From: an uncultured Prolixibacteraceae bacterium
GTDB taxonomy: Bacteria > Bacteroidota > Bacteroidia > Bacteroidales > FEN-979
Direction: 5' to 3'
Length of the DNA: 64,000 nt
Assembly: GCA_964449285.1 (NCBI GenBank)
Contig: CAYUZX010000001.1
Span: 67,819-131,818, forward strand
Shown here: positions 63,556 through 64,000 of the stretch, piece by piece
How the letters are laid out: every line of letters starts with the position of its first letter
Position numbering within the stretch: position 1 is the first letter of the stretch
Translations under genes and position numbers: made by a program
Notes under the pieces: generated by a model
What the model was told of the DNA's origin: nothing
Database searches by the model: none
What the model saw: the letters and a program-made list of their open reading frames with translations, nothing else

Positions 63556-64000
63556 ATGAAAAAATGTCTAACTTTAAAATCTGAAACTATGAATTCATTC
63601 GTTGAAAAACAATTCGGAGACAATTCGGAAAAATACTCAAACTGCAGGCGTATGAAGAAATATGCACTTGGAGGGGTTGCTATCCTGGCTGGTTTGGTCC
63701 TTCTAGGCTTAAACACTGGATTTATTCCAATTACTTGGAAATCAATTATTTTTTCATGGCAGATGCTATTGATTGCTATTGGTGTGATAAGTATTTTCGG
63801 AAGAGATAGTTATGTCCCAGGGATCATTCTTATCCTGGTTGGCGGAATCTTTATCATTCCAAAATTTGGTTTCTTACCCTTTAGTATCCATAGCCTATTT
63901 TGGCCGGCGATTCTGATTGCTGTGGGATTGATTGTTTTGTTCAAAGGATTCCGGAGACCTATTGGCCCGCGCTGGAACAAAGATAACCTGGTCCTGGATG
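63556..64000 (+). CDS. Membrane protein with a LiaF/DUF5668-like TM region (partial, continues past the window)
   Basis: My translation from 63556 (or the in-frame ATG at 63589): ...MNSFVEKQFGDNSEKYSNCRRMKKYALGGVAILAGLVLLGLNTGFIPITWKSIIFSWQMLLIAIGVISIF... No stop before 64000. Confidence 0.45.
   Translation, partial: MKKCLTLKSETMNSFVEKQFGDNSEKYSNCRRMKKYALGGVAILAGLVLLGLNTGFIPITWKSIIFSWQMLLIAIGVISIFGRDSYVPGIILILVGGIFIIPKFGFLPFSIHSLFWPAILIAVGLIVLFKGFRRPIGPRWNKDNLVLD

Noticed and set aside
1-64000. Search for tRNA, rRNA, tmRNA, integrases, transposases, phage genes, toxin-antitoxin pairs or known defence systems
   Set aside because: No T-loop or anticodon-arm patterns were seen in spacers. No ORF has integrase, transposase, restriction, Cas or abortive-infection hallmarks. 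The window appears to be core chromosome apart from the small glycan cluster.

Overview
The window reads as a chromosomal segment of an anaerobic Bacteroidota genome. Evidence for that placement: TAnnTTTG -7 promoter boxes instead of -10/-35, no Shine-Dalgarno sequences, a Rho with a long disordered insertion, split transketolase, and DUF1573/DUF4293-type genes. I call about 58 protein-coding genes. I found no rRNA, tRNA, CRISPR array, integrase, transposase or prophage. Product calls come from motif recognition by eye on the supplied translations; no database search was possible. Content is mostly housekeeping: rlmB, rmuC, rho, mpl, cysH, lolE-like, namZ-like, ltaE, tkt halves, kup, dedA, parE, nnr, mltG, dapF and trmJ-like. 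There is also an ECF sigma module, a pnuC/nadR-like pair, a small polysaccharide-modification cluster and an ADP-forming acetyl-CoA synthetase. An 11-kb minus-strand block (21.5-32.7 kb) encodes a trimeric HydABC-type [FeFe] hydrogenase surrounded by six signalling proteins. Four observations stand out. (1) A sensory-type [FeFe]-hydrogenase domain is fused directly to a histidine kinase, followed by REC and REC-HK genes in the hydCBA operon, which suggests an H2-sensing phosphorelay. (2) A dispersed family of short degenerate tandem arrays, period 7 nt and sometimes 8 nt, fills many spacers that contain a gene 3' end. The arrays reuse a small word vocabulary between loci and sometimes run into stop or start codons. 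They are absent from all purely divergent promoter spacers. (3) A GT-C-type membrane glycosyltransferase is interrupted by one in-frame TAA and probably a frameshift. (4) Several unusual fusions or contexts occur: FakA-N/M fused to DegV, a di-iron/MBL protein paired with a hybrid kinase, and a VWA gene between the transketolase halves. Many ORF-track starts are array- or promoter-derived extensions and are corrected in the feature list.
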